DNA of 64,000 bases from Lama glama (GCA_028534125.1 CM052817.1:94490001-94554000); one strand, 5' to 3'; counted from the first letter of the stretch, positions 1 to 14,869 are shown. Numbers and translations are program-made. Notes: generated from the letters alone by a model not told the origin.

Positions 1-1261
1 GACTCGCACATAGTCCTTCCAGTCAGCCTCAGCAGAATCTTCTTCTATTTCCCCTGCTTGCATTTCCAGTCCTTTTCTAAAATCTTCACCACCTTCTTTT
101 ATCCAAAACCAGACTCCTTATACAAATAAGCTTTTGCAAATTTTTTTGTTTCAAACAGCTGACTGTTTGCTCTGTGTGACTAAAGCCAATCCTGAAGGCC
201 AACAGTGAACACAGCCTTGTGTCAGGAGCAGATATCACTGTCCAGTTTCAAACTAGCGTTCCTGTTACACAAGCCTTTGTCAGAATAGTGATCGCTAATC
301 TTCTTGACACTCGGTAGGACAAATGAAAGGCAGAGTTTCCTTCAGTCTTGGAAGTTTGAGTTGGAAATATATGCCAAGTGTTTCAAAGCATCTGACACTA
401 CTACAATCCCCTTTTTTGGTCTTGCAAAGTTTGCATTTTAGCAAACTTATAAATATATGAATTTTTCTAGGATGATTTTCAGGAACTGCTATATAATTTT
501 CTGTTTTTTTTTATGATATCAAGAGATACAAAAGGCTTGGTCCAGTTGAAGTGTCAAAGAGCTTCTATCACTTTACTTTTGGTAGGTGTGAGAAAGAGAC
601 AAAAATATTTGGGATAAGTGATAAAATGGAAGACAAATGATTATTCTTTTATTATTTTTATTAATATTATTATCTGCATGTTCTTGAGAGTCTATGAAAT
701 TGAAATTCTGGGCAATTGGCCGAATAAGCTGATGCAGAAGGGGCCCACACCTGCTGAAACCATTTGAAAATGCTGGATAAAATAGCAAACAACATCAACA
801 AAAATGATCACGGACAAACGACAAAAAGAAAGAGAAATCCTTGGATGCCATAAGCATAGAAGGAACTCAGAGTCAGGATGGGCTCTGAAAGAGACTTTTT
901 GTAGGAGAACTTCCACATCTCAGGGCAAACTGGATTCCTGGAGACCAACATAAACCCCCTGGACATGAACTCATAAAAAAACATTATGAACGAGACAGTG
1001 AAAAGAACACCATAAGGAAGAATCAGCAAGTCCACAAATATTTCCTCTTAGAAAAGCACTCCAAGAGCGGCAGATAGTGGAGTAATCTGAAAGAGGCTAC
1101 ATATTAAGTATTTTGAAAAAAAATATAAAACTACAATGAAAGAAAGAAACATTAGGGAAGACATCTTTATGTTTTCTCTACTTCATTTTTAAGAAGCATT
1201 CCACTTTGGATATTGAAGCTCTTTGCATCAACAGGTATCTTTGACCCTTAAAGACACCTGC

Positions 1262-1709
1262 ATCTATTTACAAGAGCTGCTGTAATGAGTTGCCACAGAC
1301 CAAATGATTTAGACAACAGAGATCTATTGTCTCACAGTTCTGGAGGCTTGAAGTCTAAGATCAAGGTTGGTTACTCTGCGGCATATGAGGGAGAATCTAT
1401 TCCATGCCTCTCTCCTAGTTTCTGGTGACCTGTTGGCCATCTTTGGTGTTCCTTAGCTTCTGCTGTGTGACCAGAATCTCTACTTTCACCTTCACATGTG
1501 TTCTCCCTGTGTGTATCTGCTGTCTGTGTCCAAGTCTTATAAAGACACAGTTCATGTTGGATGGGGCCCATCCTACCCTACTGTGACCTTCTTTTAACTA
1601 AGTGCATCTGCAATAACCTTATTTCTAAATAAGATCACATTCTAAGATACTGGGAGTAGGGGCTTCAACATAGGAATTTGGGTGATGGGACACACTTCAA
1701 TCCATAACA
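1262..1709 (-). mobile_element. MaLR solo LTR (MLT1C-like)
   Basis: Contains typical MLT1 blocks 'ctcacagttctggaggc..aagtctaagatcaagg' and 'catctgcaataaccttatttctaaataagatcacattct'. Ends '..ttcaatccataaca', the reverse complement of the LTR start TGTTATGG. Confidence 0.8.
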
Positions 1710-2269
1710 ACACCCAGATACAACGTGGCTCTTTTTAGAACTTTTCAGGTTTATTAGAACAGGGAAACCGCAGAAATCCTCCCAGCTCCTCATTCTGTAT
1801 GACAAAGAGATTGCTTTTGTGTGGGTAAGAGGGAGATTTCAGGTAACTTTTTGACTTGTACACCACGTGTCAAAAGGACACCATCAAGATGCAAGTCCCG
1901 GTCCCACCATAGCCAGAAGACAGGCAGCTTCTCTGTGACAAGCTCCTGGGACTTACAATGTAGCTTTCAGAGACAGCCTTCTGTCTCTAGGTATTTTCAG
2001 AGTTCTTCTGTCCAGTATAGATCTGTACAGAAAATATCAGAATTAGTAATATATTTAATATTTTTAAAACAGTGGAAGTGAACACCTAAAATATACTCAC
2101 ATATGCTTTTTGGCCTTGCAGTTTAACCAATGACTGGATGAAGATATGAGTAATGAGTATGTATACTTTGGAGATAATTCCAATGCTATCGATCTGACAT
2201 TATCACTTTGCAGCAATAGTCCCCCAGATATTGTTGTGGTGGTTCATTACTAAGTCATTTTTAAATAAT

Positions 2270-2390
2270 AGTATTGACAGAATTTTTCTGGAAAGAGTTG
2301 TGGGGGGATCAAGTGAGATATGAATATAAGCACTTACTAGACCACCTGAAACATAGTAACTGCTCAGCAAATGCTCGCTGTTATTCTTAA
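2270..2390 (+). mobile_element. MIR SINE 3' fragment
   Basis: 'gagttgtgggg..tcaagtgagata..gcactta..cctgaaacatagtaactgctcagcaaatg..tgttatt' resembles the MIR tail. Confidence 0.6.
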
Positions 2391-2859
2391 AGTGCAGTAG
2401 GTCTCATATTTTAAAAAAATTCCCCGTGATATGTTTTCCCTTCTTGGTAATATGATTTAGTCAGTGGTGTTCCAGTGCAATTTTTTTTCTCTAAAAGAGA
2501 GAAGGGTCAATATTACCCAGGGAAAGAAGAGCTCGTAGTATCGTGAAGTCAGAAATGTAGACGTAGGATTAAATATTGTGGATAGTCTAGGAAGTGGGGG
2601 AGCCACTTTGTCTTTAAGAGAAAAGGTCATGAATCTGTATATGTTAAATCTAGAGGAGAAGGAAAGAGAAATTGGAGAAGGGCTTGACTCCCGGTCTCTT
2701 TTCTGTGTGAAGTGTGAGCAAGATCATTGGAGGAAAATTAAAAGCGGGAATGGAGCAGAGAATTTAAGAGGGGTGAAGTGTTGGAACCGTTAACCCAAAG
2801 AATACAAATGTCAGCCAGACGGAGAGAGTTCTGAGTACAATTAGACCAAGAGTCCAAGT

Positions 2860-2959
2860 NNNNNNNNNNNNNNNNNNNNNNNNNNNNNNNNNNNNNNNNN
2901 NNNNNNNNNNNNNNNNNNNNNNNNNNNNNNNNNNNNNNNNNNNNNNNNNNNNNNNNNNN
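2860..2959. other. Assembly gap (100 N)
   Basis: Run of 100 n characters. Confidence 0.99.
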
Positions 2960-5900
2960 GGGGGGTAGTGCGGGAGCTTATGGTGCAGTTGAAGAGACTG
3001 ACTGACCAGGCAGGAAAAAAGGAGTTGATACCAGGAGGGCTGACAGTGAGAAAGCAAACATCTCCCTGGTGGAAGAACAGATACGATGGCAGGAACGGGA
3101 AGAAAGAAATGGCAGGACAGGAGGTGTTGGTAAAAAAGTGGGACTTTTGAATTTTAAGTAGTTGGAGTTGGAGCAGTTCCAGATAGTTGACCCAGGGTCT
3201 GGGGTACAGAAAATGGAGTGTTTCCAGGTTGCCAGGGATGGGGGTACGTGAGGACGTGATGCCTTAAAAAGAGGCAAAAGTGTTCACAGAGGCAAACTGT
3301 CCGAATCTGTCTTACAGTCCCTGGCTGTGCTCCTGGGAGAGCTGTGATTTCAAAATATGTCACTTTCCTTACTTGCTCTCTCTCCTCACCACCCCCTTTC
3401 TGGCGTCTTCTGTCTTTTCAAGGTCATGTAACAAATCACTTTCCCAATCAGGAGCAGCACAGGGACATAAATCAGTGTAATTTGTGCATGTTTCTTTCTT
3501 CCTCAAAGGCTTGTCTGAATGAAACATTACAGTATATTTTAGTTACACAAATTAAATGCTGGCTTTAAAAAACTGTACTTGTACTTTTTAACCTTCAAAG
3601 AACTCTACAGATATTAAGGTCATTAATCTTTTTAACACTCCTAGGGGTAGCATAATTCAGTCTTTGAGTTGAACTTGTTCAAAAGATTAACACAGAGGGT
3701 GAGGAACTATTTGGCTACCAGATGCAATTTTCAGCTGCAGTAGGTGGTCTTGGAGACAGCATTGCCTTCGCCACTTCTGCCAGTCATAAAATAACTATTT
3801 CCCTTCCTCTGTCCACCAATGGGAAGGCATTATGCCTTCAGTGTGGACCCACTTAAGACTTCACAAAAATAAAAACTGAATAATTGGTTAATAGATTAAA
3901 GTTTCAAAGGACAGAAATAATAGATGATAATTTCCTCTGAAACCAATATGCCAGCTAAAGCAATGCTGAGCTTCCTGCGCCCCCTGCTCTCTGCTTTTTG
4001 TTTAATTTCATTGCTCCCATTTCTTCTTTTTAGATTTGTCCCCTTCTACATATTTGCTGTATGCAGGGGATCTTTATCACCCTCTAGATCTTCTCCTGGG
4101 GCTCCTGTCCTTGTGTATCTGGCTCCCTTCCTCTCACCAGCTTTTCCTTTCCATCCTGCCATTTACTTCTGCAGAATCTATGCCGTCTCATCTCGTCTTA
4201 GTCTTGTCTTGCCTCATGGCGGCAATCTATTTCCTGACCCAGACTCCGGGATCAACCCTTCTATCCTTGTTCTGACTTTCCATTACTCTCATACCAACAA
4301 AGCCTACTGTTATTAATGCACATTTATGGAGCACATACTGTGTGCCAGGCAAGTAGATGACTTTCCATTGTGAAGATGCCATCAACAAGGCAATGGCACA
4401 GGCAAGAGGCAGTGATCTTAACTTGCTCTGAGTCTCTGAGTGGGGGAAGAACTAAAATGGATGGTCAGTTGTGGTTTGGAGTAAAATTCCTTGTTGTCAG
4501 AATTTGTTCAGTAATTGATAAAGTAAAAACATCAGGTCCCATTGTAAGAGGGAGAGGAAAACATGGAGACATTGATTGAACCCATGAAACTCTACAGTAG
4601 GTATTGACCAGCCTTGCTCTCAAACAATAAAAGCAGACTAAGATTAATTCTCTTTATGCTGTAGTCACTCACTCATGTGGCTAAGTCACATGCTGAAATT
4701 AACCTCTGGTTGCTGTACAGAAATGTCTACAGAGAACTTGCCTTAGAAGATATTTTTCTCACCTATTCAAAGTTGCAGATGTAGTTTGGACAGTAATTTG
4801 TGAAGCATGTGGGAATGTGAAGGGTATAAAATAGAGGATAATGAAAGTAGCTCACTGTGTGTTTTGCAGGAACCACATTCTAAGGAAAAAATCAAGGCCC
4901 CACAGCTGAGATGGGGATCGTTGTCCAAAAGGTCTCATTAAAACAGGTTAAGTGTTTGCAAATCCCAAATGGAAAAGGTGCCTTGTGATTAAATAGCTGA
5001 AAAATGTAGAACTGCCTCTATTCTTTGTGGAGCTAGGGAGAAACATGAGTGGCAGGGATGGATTTTCAGATGGGAAGCAAAGAGGTCTTGAAACTTCAGG
5101 AACTGTGGTGCAGCCTCACATGGCTATGTGCTGATTAAAGCAAAATCACGAATCCCCATCTACCCGGCTTGAGGAACACTGCAGGTGGAGAGGAAGAGCT
5201 TCTTTATTTTTCTGTAATTCAGCATAAGTCTTATTTGGGCCTCTGTACATTCAGGAAGGCAAGAAGTTTTAATGGTAGTCTTTGAGTGGTTTTCCTATCT
5301 CCCAGGAATTCATGTCACAGTTGTAAAAAACTGGTACAGTGCTAAGAATTCAGGGCATGCCTTCTGGTCATTGAGTCATTTACCCACACGGGCGAGCAGT
5401 TAGACACCTCATCTGTGTCTCAGCACAGCCCTCAAGGTGCGCTGGCTCTCTGCTACACCCATGATGTGGTCTCAGTTTCCAAGGGGCACCAGAGCCATTT
5501 CCCCTGTGATCTCCCCACTTCCTTGTCTGCAGAAAGCAAGCAGCAGTCCCCCATCTTCTCACTTCCTGCAGCCCTGGAGAACTTTTCTGATGGGGCTGTT
5601 GGCACTCTCCCTCCTGCTTCTTAAAAATATTTTATTGTCATGATGTAGCCTTCCTTCCCTGGAACTGGTATGTTTGGAATCCAAAGGGCAGAGAAATTTG
5701 GGTTAAATTCTGCTCTTTTTTTCTATTAGTTTACTCCTTGGAGGCAAGAAATACATGACTGCATGCATGTCTGCCTGAATGGAAGGGAGAAAAATAAACA
5801 TAGGTTGAATCTTAAAAATACTATCTGGTCACGGTTTTATCAGAGGTCTCAGAATTTAAAAAGCTTTGGCCAGCTTTCTGGAGCCGTGGCCATCGGTCCG

Positions 5901-7552
5901 GGACAGATACGTGCCATGCTGATGAACGAGGATGCGGTGGAGTTCTTGAGAATTTAGTAGAGACCACAATAGCCAACCACTGCCCATTGCTTCACTCATT
6001 GGTCAAATTCTTGGTTTTGCTACTCCTGTGCCTTCTTGTTAATGAGCCAGACATTTGCATATATACTGACCTTTAGAATTCCTGAAGCGCTTAGAGGTGC
6101 TTAAGAAGTCTTCCTTGATGTTAACTGTTACTTCTTTTCTTACTTTTTTTCTTTTTATAACTTTTGATTTAAAAAATTATTTCATTTTAAAATTAAATTT
6201 TATTATTTTTGGCCACTTGGTTCCCGTTTAGAATAGAAGTAACAAGAACAGAGAATTAAAATGAAAAAAAAAAAACATAAAAGGGAAATTGCAGTTTGGA
6301 AGCATTTGTGTCTGTAGTTAAGTAAGAACCAGGAGATGGTGATGGATGAGGTAGACCCAGGCCCTGTCCTCTGAGGTCAGTGTCTGAGAGAAAACCTGTG
6401 GTGGTGACTTGAGCACAGAACTCCAGCTTGTGGACACTGAAAACATGTTAGGTTTGGGCAAATTTCTTTTGTGTGTCGTTTTTCCAGGAAATACAGAAAC
6501 TGTGGAATAGGATCACAGGTAGAAAGTGAGAATGAGAATGATTGGCAGGCAGCTTGTCCTAGTGGAGAATCAAAACCAGGTGCTTTTTACCCATGGATGG
6601 CTTGGCTCAAGAGAACTGCGGATTCTCCTTCTGCTTTCCTGCTCTGCCTCCTGCTCCATCTGTTCAGGGTGAATAATGTAGGATGTAGGCAAGAGGAACA
6701 AGACAGAAATGAATTCTTCTAATCCTGGGTCTCTATAAATGCTATTGAAAGTATAATTTAAACTAATTTTAAATAATCACAAGAGTCCATCTACAATGGA
6801 ACAACAGATGGCTTAAAAGCATGGCCTCAGCAAGCTGTGAGCTGTGGAAGTTATTTAAAGTGATGCATTAGCAAGAGGAGAGAACTCTGCAGGGCAGTAG
6901 ATAAAATTTACCGCAGGGAAAATGTGGCTTGGAGACTGGTATTTTTTAACCCCTCGGGACATCAGTATTTAAAAACAAATGATACAATTGGTTTTTTTTT
7001 TTTCTTTTCAGTTTGCCGAGTACAGCTTCTTCCAGAGGCCTCAAGAAAGGTACTCAAACTTACCCTCCACTCCGAGAGGGAGAGCTTTCTTGTGGGGCTG
7101 GCTGGAGAAGCTTTAGTGGCCTTACATAGTCAGGGTGCCTAGTAGGGTATTTCATTTATAACTGATGGGCATAATCACTGAAGGGTTTCAGTGAACACTT
7201 TGATATTCCACAGAATATTGTCACTGCTGTTAGAAAGACCACGAAATGAGCCATACAATTTTAAAACATACCTAGCCATTTCCAGAAGAGATGGAAATGA
7301 CAGTTATTATGCATCCAAGATTCAAGGGAAGCTGATTAACAGAACTTAGAGTGGAGAATAGATTAATGATATTTCTTCATGCTCTGTGACCATCACTGAA
7401 CTTTTTCCCCCTGACTTTACCTGATATTAACATTCCATCAGAGTCCATATGTAATCGAGCGTTTTGGGAAAAACACTGAGGGTAATTTATTGATATTTCA
7501 TCCTTAAGTGTAGTGAGAAGAAACTCCCCTCTGTCTAAATTTCTGAAGTGAA

Positions 7553-8584
7553 GGCTCATGCAATTCAATATCAAAAAAGCAATTTGATTAAAAAATAAGC
7601 AAAGAAACTGAATAGACCTTTTTCCAAGGAAGAGATACAGATGGCCAACAGGCACGTGAAAAGGGGCTCAACCATCACTAACCACCAGGGAAATACAGAT
7701 CAAAACGACAATGAGATATCACCTCACATCTGTCTGAATGGCTGTTATCAAAAAGACAAGTAAGCATTGGGGAGATGTGGAGGAAAGGGAACCCTCAAAC
7801 ACTGTCAGTGGGAATGTAAATTGGTACAGCTACTATGGAAGACAATATGGAGGTTCCTCAAAAAATTAAAAATAGAACTACCATATAATCCAGTAATTCC
7901 ACTCCGAGTATTTATCTGAAGAAAATGAAAACATTAATTCAAAAAGATATATACACATCTAGCTTCGTAGCAGTATTATTTACAATTGGCAAGATACAGA
8001 AGCAACCCAAGTGTCCACTGATAAATGAATGGACAAAGAAGATGTGAGAGGTATATGTATATATAGAGAGTGGAGTATTAGTCATAAAATTTATATATAT
8101 TTATATATATAGAGAGAGAGTGGAATATTGTCGTAAAAAAGAATAAAATCTTGCCATTTACAACAACATGGATGGATCTAGAGAGTATTATGTTAAATGA
8201 AATAAATCAGAGAAAGACAAATACTGTATGATTTCACTTACATGTGGAACCTAAAAAAAAAACAGAAACAAATGAACAAGCAAAACAAAACAGAAACAGA
8301 CCTTCAGTTACAGAGAACAAGGTGGTGATAGACGAAGGGAGGGGAATTGGGGATTAGACAAAATAGGTGAAAGTGATTAATAGGGACAAGCTTCCAGTTA
8401 TAAAGTAAGTAAGTCATGGGGATGTAACCTACAACATATGGAATATTCCCAAACAATACTGTAATAACTTTGGTGACAGATGGTTACTAGAGTGTATATA
8501 AATGTTGAATCACTATGTTGTACACCTGAAAATAATATAATATTGTATGTCAGTTACACTTTGACAAAAGAAAAAAGAAAAAAA
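7553..8584 (+). mobile_element. 5'-truncated L1 (degenerate ORF2 C-terminus, 3' UTR and A-tail; L1MA9-like)
   Basis: 'caaaacgacaatgagatatcacctcac', 'ggaatgtaaattggtacagc', 'caacaacatggatggatctagag', 'cactatgttgtacacctgaaa', then an A-rich tail. Confidence 0.92.
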
Positions 8585-9239
8585 TGATTGTTAAAAATAT
8601 TGATGCAGGTAATTGGAAGATGGGTGTGGTTGGCCAAAAAGGATCAGAGAGAAATTGTTTTATTACAGGTAAGCCAGTGGTTGCCAGTATTTTGATACAG
8701 TAAATCTTATAATAGAAAAGTATTTTCTACCTTATAATTTTGGAAAGTTAATCACAGCATATTGGGATTTGAAGGACTTTGAAGTTCACATAGTTGAATT
8801 ATTAGAGACATGGACCGTTTTTACAATACCGTGATCAGACAAGTAAATTGTCCAGTCTATGTTGGAATACTTTCAGGGGTGGGAAATGCATCACTTTCTT
8901 TGGATAATCTTGTTTAATTCAAAGCATTAAAAGTTGTTTCTTGTAATTATCAAAATTTGATTCTCTATTGTATTCAGATCTTCATTTCCATTTCTTCAGC
9001 CTTGAAGAACAAATCTACTGTCTTCTGATTATTTCCATATTGCTCAATACACTCAGAGACTTTTCCACATAAAACATCTCCAGATTCATATGAATGGGTT
9101 ATGTGGTTCTTGGTGATTCTAGTTTCTGTCTAGTTTTCCCATATCTTGTGTGATCTTTCCCTGAAGAACAGAGTGGCACTTTCACTGCCTACATCCTAGA
9201 TCTTGAATTTCATTATATTACAACCTAAGATCGTGAGGG

Positions 9240-9580
9240 CTTCGGATGGGGAGTCATCAGTGAGTTTTATGTGGAGTAGTGCCATGGTGTGACTGTTATT
9301 TTAAATAATCAAACTGGTGGCCTTAAAAGGAAGAGTTGGGAGGGCAAGAACACTTAGAAAGCTATTGCAGTAGGAGGACTTGTCAGAGAAGCAGCAATGA
9401 GGATGAGGAAAAGAGATTGGGTTTGAGAAACAGTAGAATATTGAATGTGGGTGAAGAAGGAGAAAAAGGAATCAGGATGATGCCAAAATTTCTAGCTTGG
9501 ATGTTTGGTGGTAAATGATGGTACGACAAAATAAGAAAGAAATCCTTGGAGAAAGAGCCAGTTTTAAGAAAAAGATAAAA
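9240..9580 (-). mobile_element. L2 LINE fragment
   Basis: 'gaatgtgggtgaagaaggagaaaaaggaatcaggatgatgccaaaatttctagcttgg' is typical antisense L2. Confidence 0.7.
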
Positions 9581-10429
9581 ATCCTTCTAACAGTGATTTT
9601 GTTTAGCCCATATTCCTCCATCTGTCTACAAGAAGATAAAGGAAAATAGACCTGTTATTCATAGATGTACTTCGTGGTCACGTTCCCCTGATCCACCAAC
9701 CTTGTGATCCTATTGGAAAAAAGAAAATGAGTTTTATTTGACATGACTAGATATTGACTAGACTTTGCATTCCTCTTCCGTACATTCTTTGGTCAATATT
9801 AATCGACTGTGCTTAAGCACTTGCAGTTGGAGTTTTTTAAACTTATTGTTGAGAGAAATAGTTTGGATTACAGTTTGAGGATTTTACAAATGTGTGTTTC
9901 TGAGACAAAAAAAGGATTCAAAGCACACTAATTGCTTTGTCTCTGTAACACTCTAGTTAAATACAGCTAAACCAAGGTCTTTATTAACAAGATAAAGCAA
10001 GTCTGAATTTTTATTGAAATTTTAGGAGACATGAAATCATTCATCTGAAACCCAATTCTTACTGCAATTTAAGGGTACTATGTTTGGAATAATAACTCCT
10101 TGCAAAAAGGCGTTGTGATAAATTGTAAGGAGATGACACAGAAAACATTATTCTTTGGTAAATTATACAATACTCTCTATCCCACTTTTGTGGACAGCCT
10201 GTCCATACTATTTATATTCATTTCCAAGTCATTTATCTTTGAAACTGTTCTTATGACAACCATTTGTTTGCTTTGTGGCAGGAAACATAGGGTAGAGGAA
10301 CTCTAATTAGGTGACTAACACTCACAGGAAGCTTGAGGCTGCTCTCTGCTGTTTGGCTAACTGAACTCGAAACAGCTTCCAGACTCAAGCGTCACACTCA
10401 AGGCACAGAGCAGGTTACTTAAAAGTGTA

Positions 10430-10680
10430 AACCAAAGCTGGTGCTGACTGCATCCACATGGGAGGATGCCCTTTCTGAAGGGAGCAGCTGCTCATCACTG
10501 TTGTCCAGAGGGGTTGTGGGGTTGTTATTTATAGATCTTTGATATCTCAGGAGAAACCAAATCATTTTCCGGGAAGTCTACTTATTGCAAAATTGTCAGT
10601 TACTTCACATTAAACAGATGCTCTTCAGTCCAAGCAAAACTTGCCCTCAGACCAGAAATGCCCCAGTGGTTTACAGCATT
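10430..10680. mobile_element. Old hAT DNA transposon fragment (MER102-like)
   Basis: 'gcagctgct..agatctttgat..ggagaaacc..aagcaaaac..ccagaaatgcccc' resembles the MER102 consensus as recalled. Confidence 0.5.
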
Positions 10681-10818
10681 GATATTAGAACATTACTTAG
10701 TGTGACCAGTTAAAGAACATGTGATCTTGCCTTTTCAAGCATTTATATTTAGGGTTTGGGGGGGAAGATAAGAAAATGGCCTCTTATTGTCTAACTCATT
10801 TTATAATTTTATCTAGAA

Positions 10819-10928
10819 CCAGTGTTGATACTTAGCGGGCCTGCACTGTTATGTTGTTGGCCAGTATTCGTTCTGATTGATCGGTACTGTGTGGTCCCAG
10901 TAATTAAATGTTTTGAATATTATCCCTG
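10819..10928. mobile_element. Small hAT-type MITE (ORSL-like)
   Basis: Imperfect terminal inverted repeats 'cagtgttgata..' / '..tattatccctg' and internal 'cgttctgattgatcggtac'. Family name from memory. Confidence 0.4.
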
Positions 10929-11514
10929 GCCCAAATTAATAAGCAGGCCATACCACTAGCTTGATTTAGGTATGGTTTTGCCTGGATATTGAAAGTCCTT
11001 TCAAAATCTTTTTATTTCAAGCATTCTAGAATTTCAGTTACTTGTAGGGCTACTTTAGAGATAAAGGTTTTATTAACTTAATAATCTGTCAGACCATATC
11101 CCACTCATTCAATTTCAGAATATTTTTTGGTGATTATTACTCAGCAGCCCTTTTAAGTTACCAGCTGACATGGATTGATTGAAAACATTCAGTGAAAAAT
11201 CAATTCATTCTTTTGTTCTATGTTCTTTAAAGGTAATCATGGAATATTCACTGAGGGTACATTTGAAAACATGGAGGAGAAACCAAGTACATATCTGGGG
11301 GAAGAGTATTCCTGGGGGAAAGAATTTGGGCCTTCATGTTTAGATTATTCTCAGTTAATTCCTATGCCCATTTATTGCTTTTCCACTTACAGTTATCATA
11401 ATTAGTAGTAATGATAGCAATAGTATTTTTCACCAGGTACCTGCAAGCTTTACTTTTAGAAAGCAATACAAATGTCTTTCATAACATTTTACTACAGTAT
11501 TAATTAACTAATTA

Positions 11515-11720
11515 ACCAATTCATATATTCATTCAATCACACAGTGAGTATCTGTAAGTGCCCAATGTATGCCCATTACCGTGGGAGATGCTGTGCATAC
11601 AGAGGTGAGAAGGTGAATCAGTCTCTGGTTTCAAAGCTGTTGCGTTGAGGAGACTGACAAATAAAACAGGCTACTAAAATACAGTGTGAGCTGTGGTCTG
11701 GTGTAGTCAAAGCACAGGGA
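11515..11720 (-). mobile_element. L2 3' end
   Basis: 'ttcattcaatcac..gtgcccaatgtatgccc..ctgtgcatacagaggtgag..aaaatacagtgtga' is the antisense L2 tail. Confidence 0.65.
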
Positions 11721-13479
11721 AAGAAAGTGTGAAAGCAAAGTCACTAAACCAGACCATCACGAAACCAGCTAGATGGGGAAGGATGGGTATGTGAAGCAAA
11801 GTCAAAACGAAGCTCACTTTGAATTGGGGCAGAATGGCGATGTGTTAGAACTCAGCTGGTCAAAACAGGTGAGCTAAGTTAAGTGATTCTGCAAAGGAAG
11901 GCTCGTTGCGTTCAGCGACCTTTTCAATTGTAAGATGGGTTAAATCTAGGAGGGTCTACAAAAATCAGCCTCCTAAGCAGAAAACACACATTTCTACAGC
12001 AAATCAGTCATGGGAGAGGTTTTCTTGGCTAAAGATGGGCTCTGAGCATAAAAGAGATACAGGTGAAACCTGCCCCACAGAGTGATCTTTGATGAGAGCA
12101 GCTGCAAGTTTGAGGTGTAACAATGGGGACTCTCTGAAAGGGCTGACTCGTCACCTGGGAGGGCACAGCTCTTTCCTCTAGCATCACAGATCCTGAGCTA
12201 AGGTACTGCTTCAGTTCTCAAGTCCATCTCTTTCCCTTCTCCCCAAGATGACTTACTTAAAAAGCTGCCTCTAAAGCAGGTTTGACTCTACATGTTCTTT
12301 AGACGCAATTCCACTCTTTTTTTGGTTAACACTGTTCCAAGAACACTGGGATATAAACAGTAATGTGTCATTGTGGGCAGGAAAATGGAAATTCTGCTGG
12401 CTTCCCTATTTCCATGTCCATCCCTTGGCTCAGGGGTGGTATTTGAAATATAAAAATGCACTCAAAAAGTCAGCTTTCTAAAGAGATCTTTCTAAATTTT
12501 TGTCTACTCTTCATGTTCACAGCAATTTTTTCAAAGTTTCATCTATAAAAATACTGTATCTACATGAACAACTTTTCCTTTTCTTTGATAGGGTCACTTT
12601 TAAACAGGCTGGAAATCAGAGTCAGGAAAATGAAATAAAACTCTTGAGTTTTTCTTCATCCATATTCTCATGTATTCTTGAGATTTTCACATTTGCCACT
12701 GATGATAGTGACAAAATTAATTAAAGGCAAAATGAATTAGTATCTTACCATCCGAAATTTCTCCCTTGTTCCTGTGTTTTCTTACTTTTCTGAAGAAAAA
12801 TACTTAGAAAAAGTCTGCATTGTGACCTCTGGGTTTACTGCTCTGAGTGAAAAACAGGGCAAAAGAAAGTTAAGTTATTGAAAATGCTATCTACGTTTAC
12901 TGTGCCCTTTCATTTATGCCTCCTGCTTTAAACACTTTTGTTTCCAGGAGAAACAAAGCTTTGCCAATGCTCTGCTAAGGCTCACTTTTCCTCTCAGGAC
13001 TGGAAGAATTTAATGGTATCCAGAATTACCTATGGTGGTGGAGGGAGCTGCAGGATGGCCATGAAAGGCATCCTGGGAGAGGCTGAGCTTCTACTTCTTT
13101 CCCCTGAATTAGGAGCAAAAAATACTAATGTATATGCCCCCCCAAAGGACAAAAAGGGATCCATTTAAAGAAACAGCTTCCAGAAAGGTCATGGCATTTT
13201 AGTGGTGACACTTAGAGTCACCCCACTCCCACCTTATATTCTAAATGACAAAATTAAGACCCAGAGGAGGCTCCAGACTTTTAAATTGGTCATTATGTTA
13301 GAAAAGTTTTTAACATATGCACAGTGTTCTCAAATGCACGTGCTGATCAGTGCTTAAATGAAGATCACTCTGCACATTTCTAGAGCTCTTTGTGCAGGTT
13401 TTTCTTCAAGACCCTCTGCCCTGAGAACTCCAGCCCCCTCAGCTTTCCTTGGACTCAGCTCTGTCTCCTAATCTCTGGG

Positions 13480-14868
13480 AGACCCTGCAGGATGTCTGGA
13501 AGCTCTTCAGGTTTCCTCTCGCTTGGGGGTCAGTATCTTGATGCCACCCTGTGTCCAGGGTCTGAAAATCATTGTTTCCTATATTTTGTTTGTTGGCTTG
13601 TTTGTTTAGTATTGTTGTCTCATGCAGGAGAATAAATCTCACCTCTGTTTCTCCATCTTCCCTCCAGCTGTGTGAGGCAGCTCACTTCACCTTCTATTTA
13701 ATAAGTTCTGCTCTTTATTATTTCTTCCTTCTACTTTCTTTTGCTTTTTCTTTCTGTTTTTCTAACTTTCTTGAGTTCGTATTTAATTAACTTTTAGTCT
13801 TTCTAAAGTGATGAATGTTTTCAGGTGTTCAATGTTTTCCTATTTGTTGCTTTATATTCTAGGAAGCTATTTAATCATTGTTATAACTTCCTAGAGAATT
13901 CATTTTATCATCATGTGATGGTCCTCTTTATCTCTGAAAAAGCTTTATCCACAAGTCGATTTTGTCTGATATTGATATAGCTGCACCAGCTTTTTATATT
14001 TTTTACAGTCTGTTTACTTTTTTATTGAGATTTAATATACATACAGCAAAGAGCCTGGAGGGCGCTAATCTTAAGGATTGAGCTCAATGAAATTTTTCTT
14101 AAGTACACAGCCATGTATGCGCCCACCACCTGGATCAAGAGAGAATTTTCCAGTGTCCCAGAGAGTCACCAGCTTTTTTTTCAGTTGTGTCCCTTTACTT
14201 TCAACTTCTTTATGTCCTTTTGTTTGGAAGATTTTTCTTTTAAACAGTATGTGACATTTTCCAAAGTTATAGTATATATATGTGTTTATATTCAACAAAT
14301 AAAATGTATTTATTTATATAAAGTTATATTAAAATCTAAGTCACTAGGTATCAACATCCTCCATCCTTAGTCTCCCCCAACCCCAGTAAAAGTAGGTTTG
14401 CTATATTTATAGAGAATTTCTGTGTGTTTGCAAAACGGTGTCTTTTATTGCTCATACTGAAAGACTCAATCCATGTTTTCTTTTAGTGTTTTTCTGGTTT
14501 CTTTTTTACATCTTAATCATATTAAATGTATTATGTGGTAAAGAATAATTAATAGAGATCCATTATTTTCCTTCCTGGGGATTCTAACAAGTTTTCTGAA
14601 TATAAAAAACAATCTATCTCTTATTGTTGAAAGCCATTCTCCTTATGCACTGAATTATTACATACATTTGGGTCTATACATGAGTTATAGTCTCTGTTAC
14701 ATTCCATTTATCTGAATATCTGTTTCTTTACCTACACTATGCTCTTTTGATTAACATTTAGTTAACATAGCTTTTTATTATGTTATGATACCTGGCCAGA
14801 GAAGTTCCCATTCGTTAGTTTTCATTTTCAGGATTTTCCTGGCTATTTCCACACATTCATTCTTCTAG
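13480..14868 (-). mobile_element. Cluster of old L1M/L1ME fragments
   Basis: Antisense ORF2 motif 'ttttgtctgatattgatatagctgcaccagc' and 3' end 'ttttattgagatttaatatacatacag..accacctggatcaaga'. Confidence 0.65.
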
Positions 14869-14869
14869 A

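Noticed and set aside
4870..10311. Plus-strand mini-exon chain (4870-4946, 7012-7049, about 10282) giving MGIVVQKVSLKQFAEYSFFQRPQERKHRVEEL*
   Set aside because: Weak donors (gttaag, gtactc) and no recognised homology. Such chains arise easily by chance.
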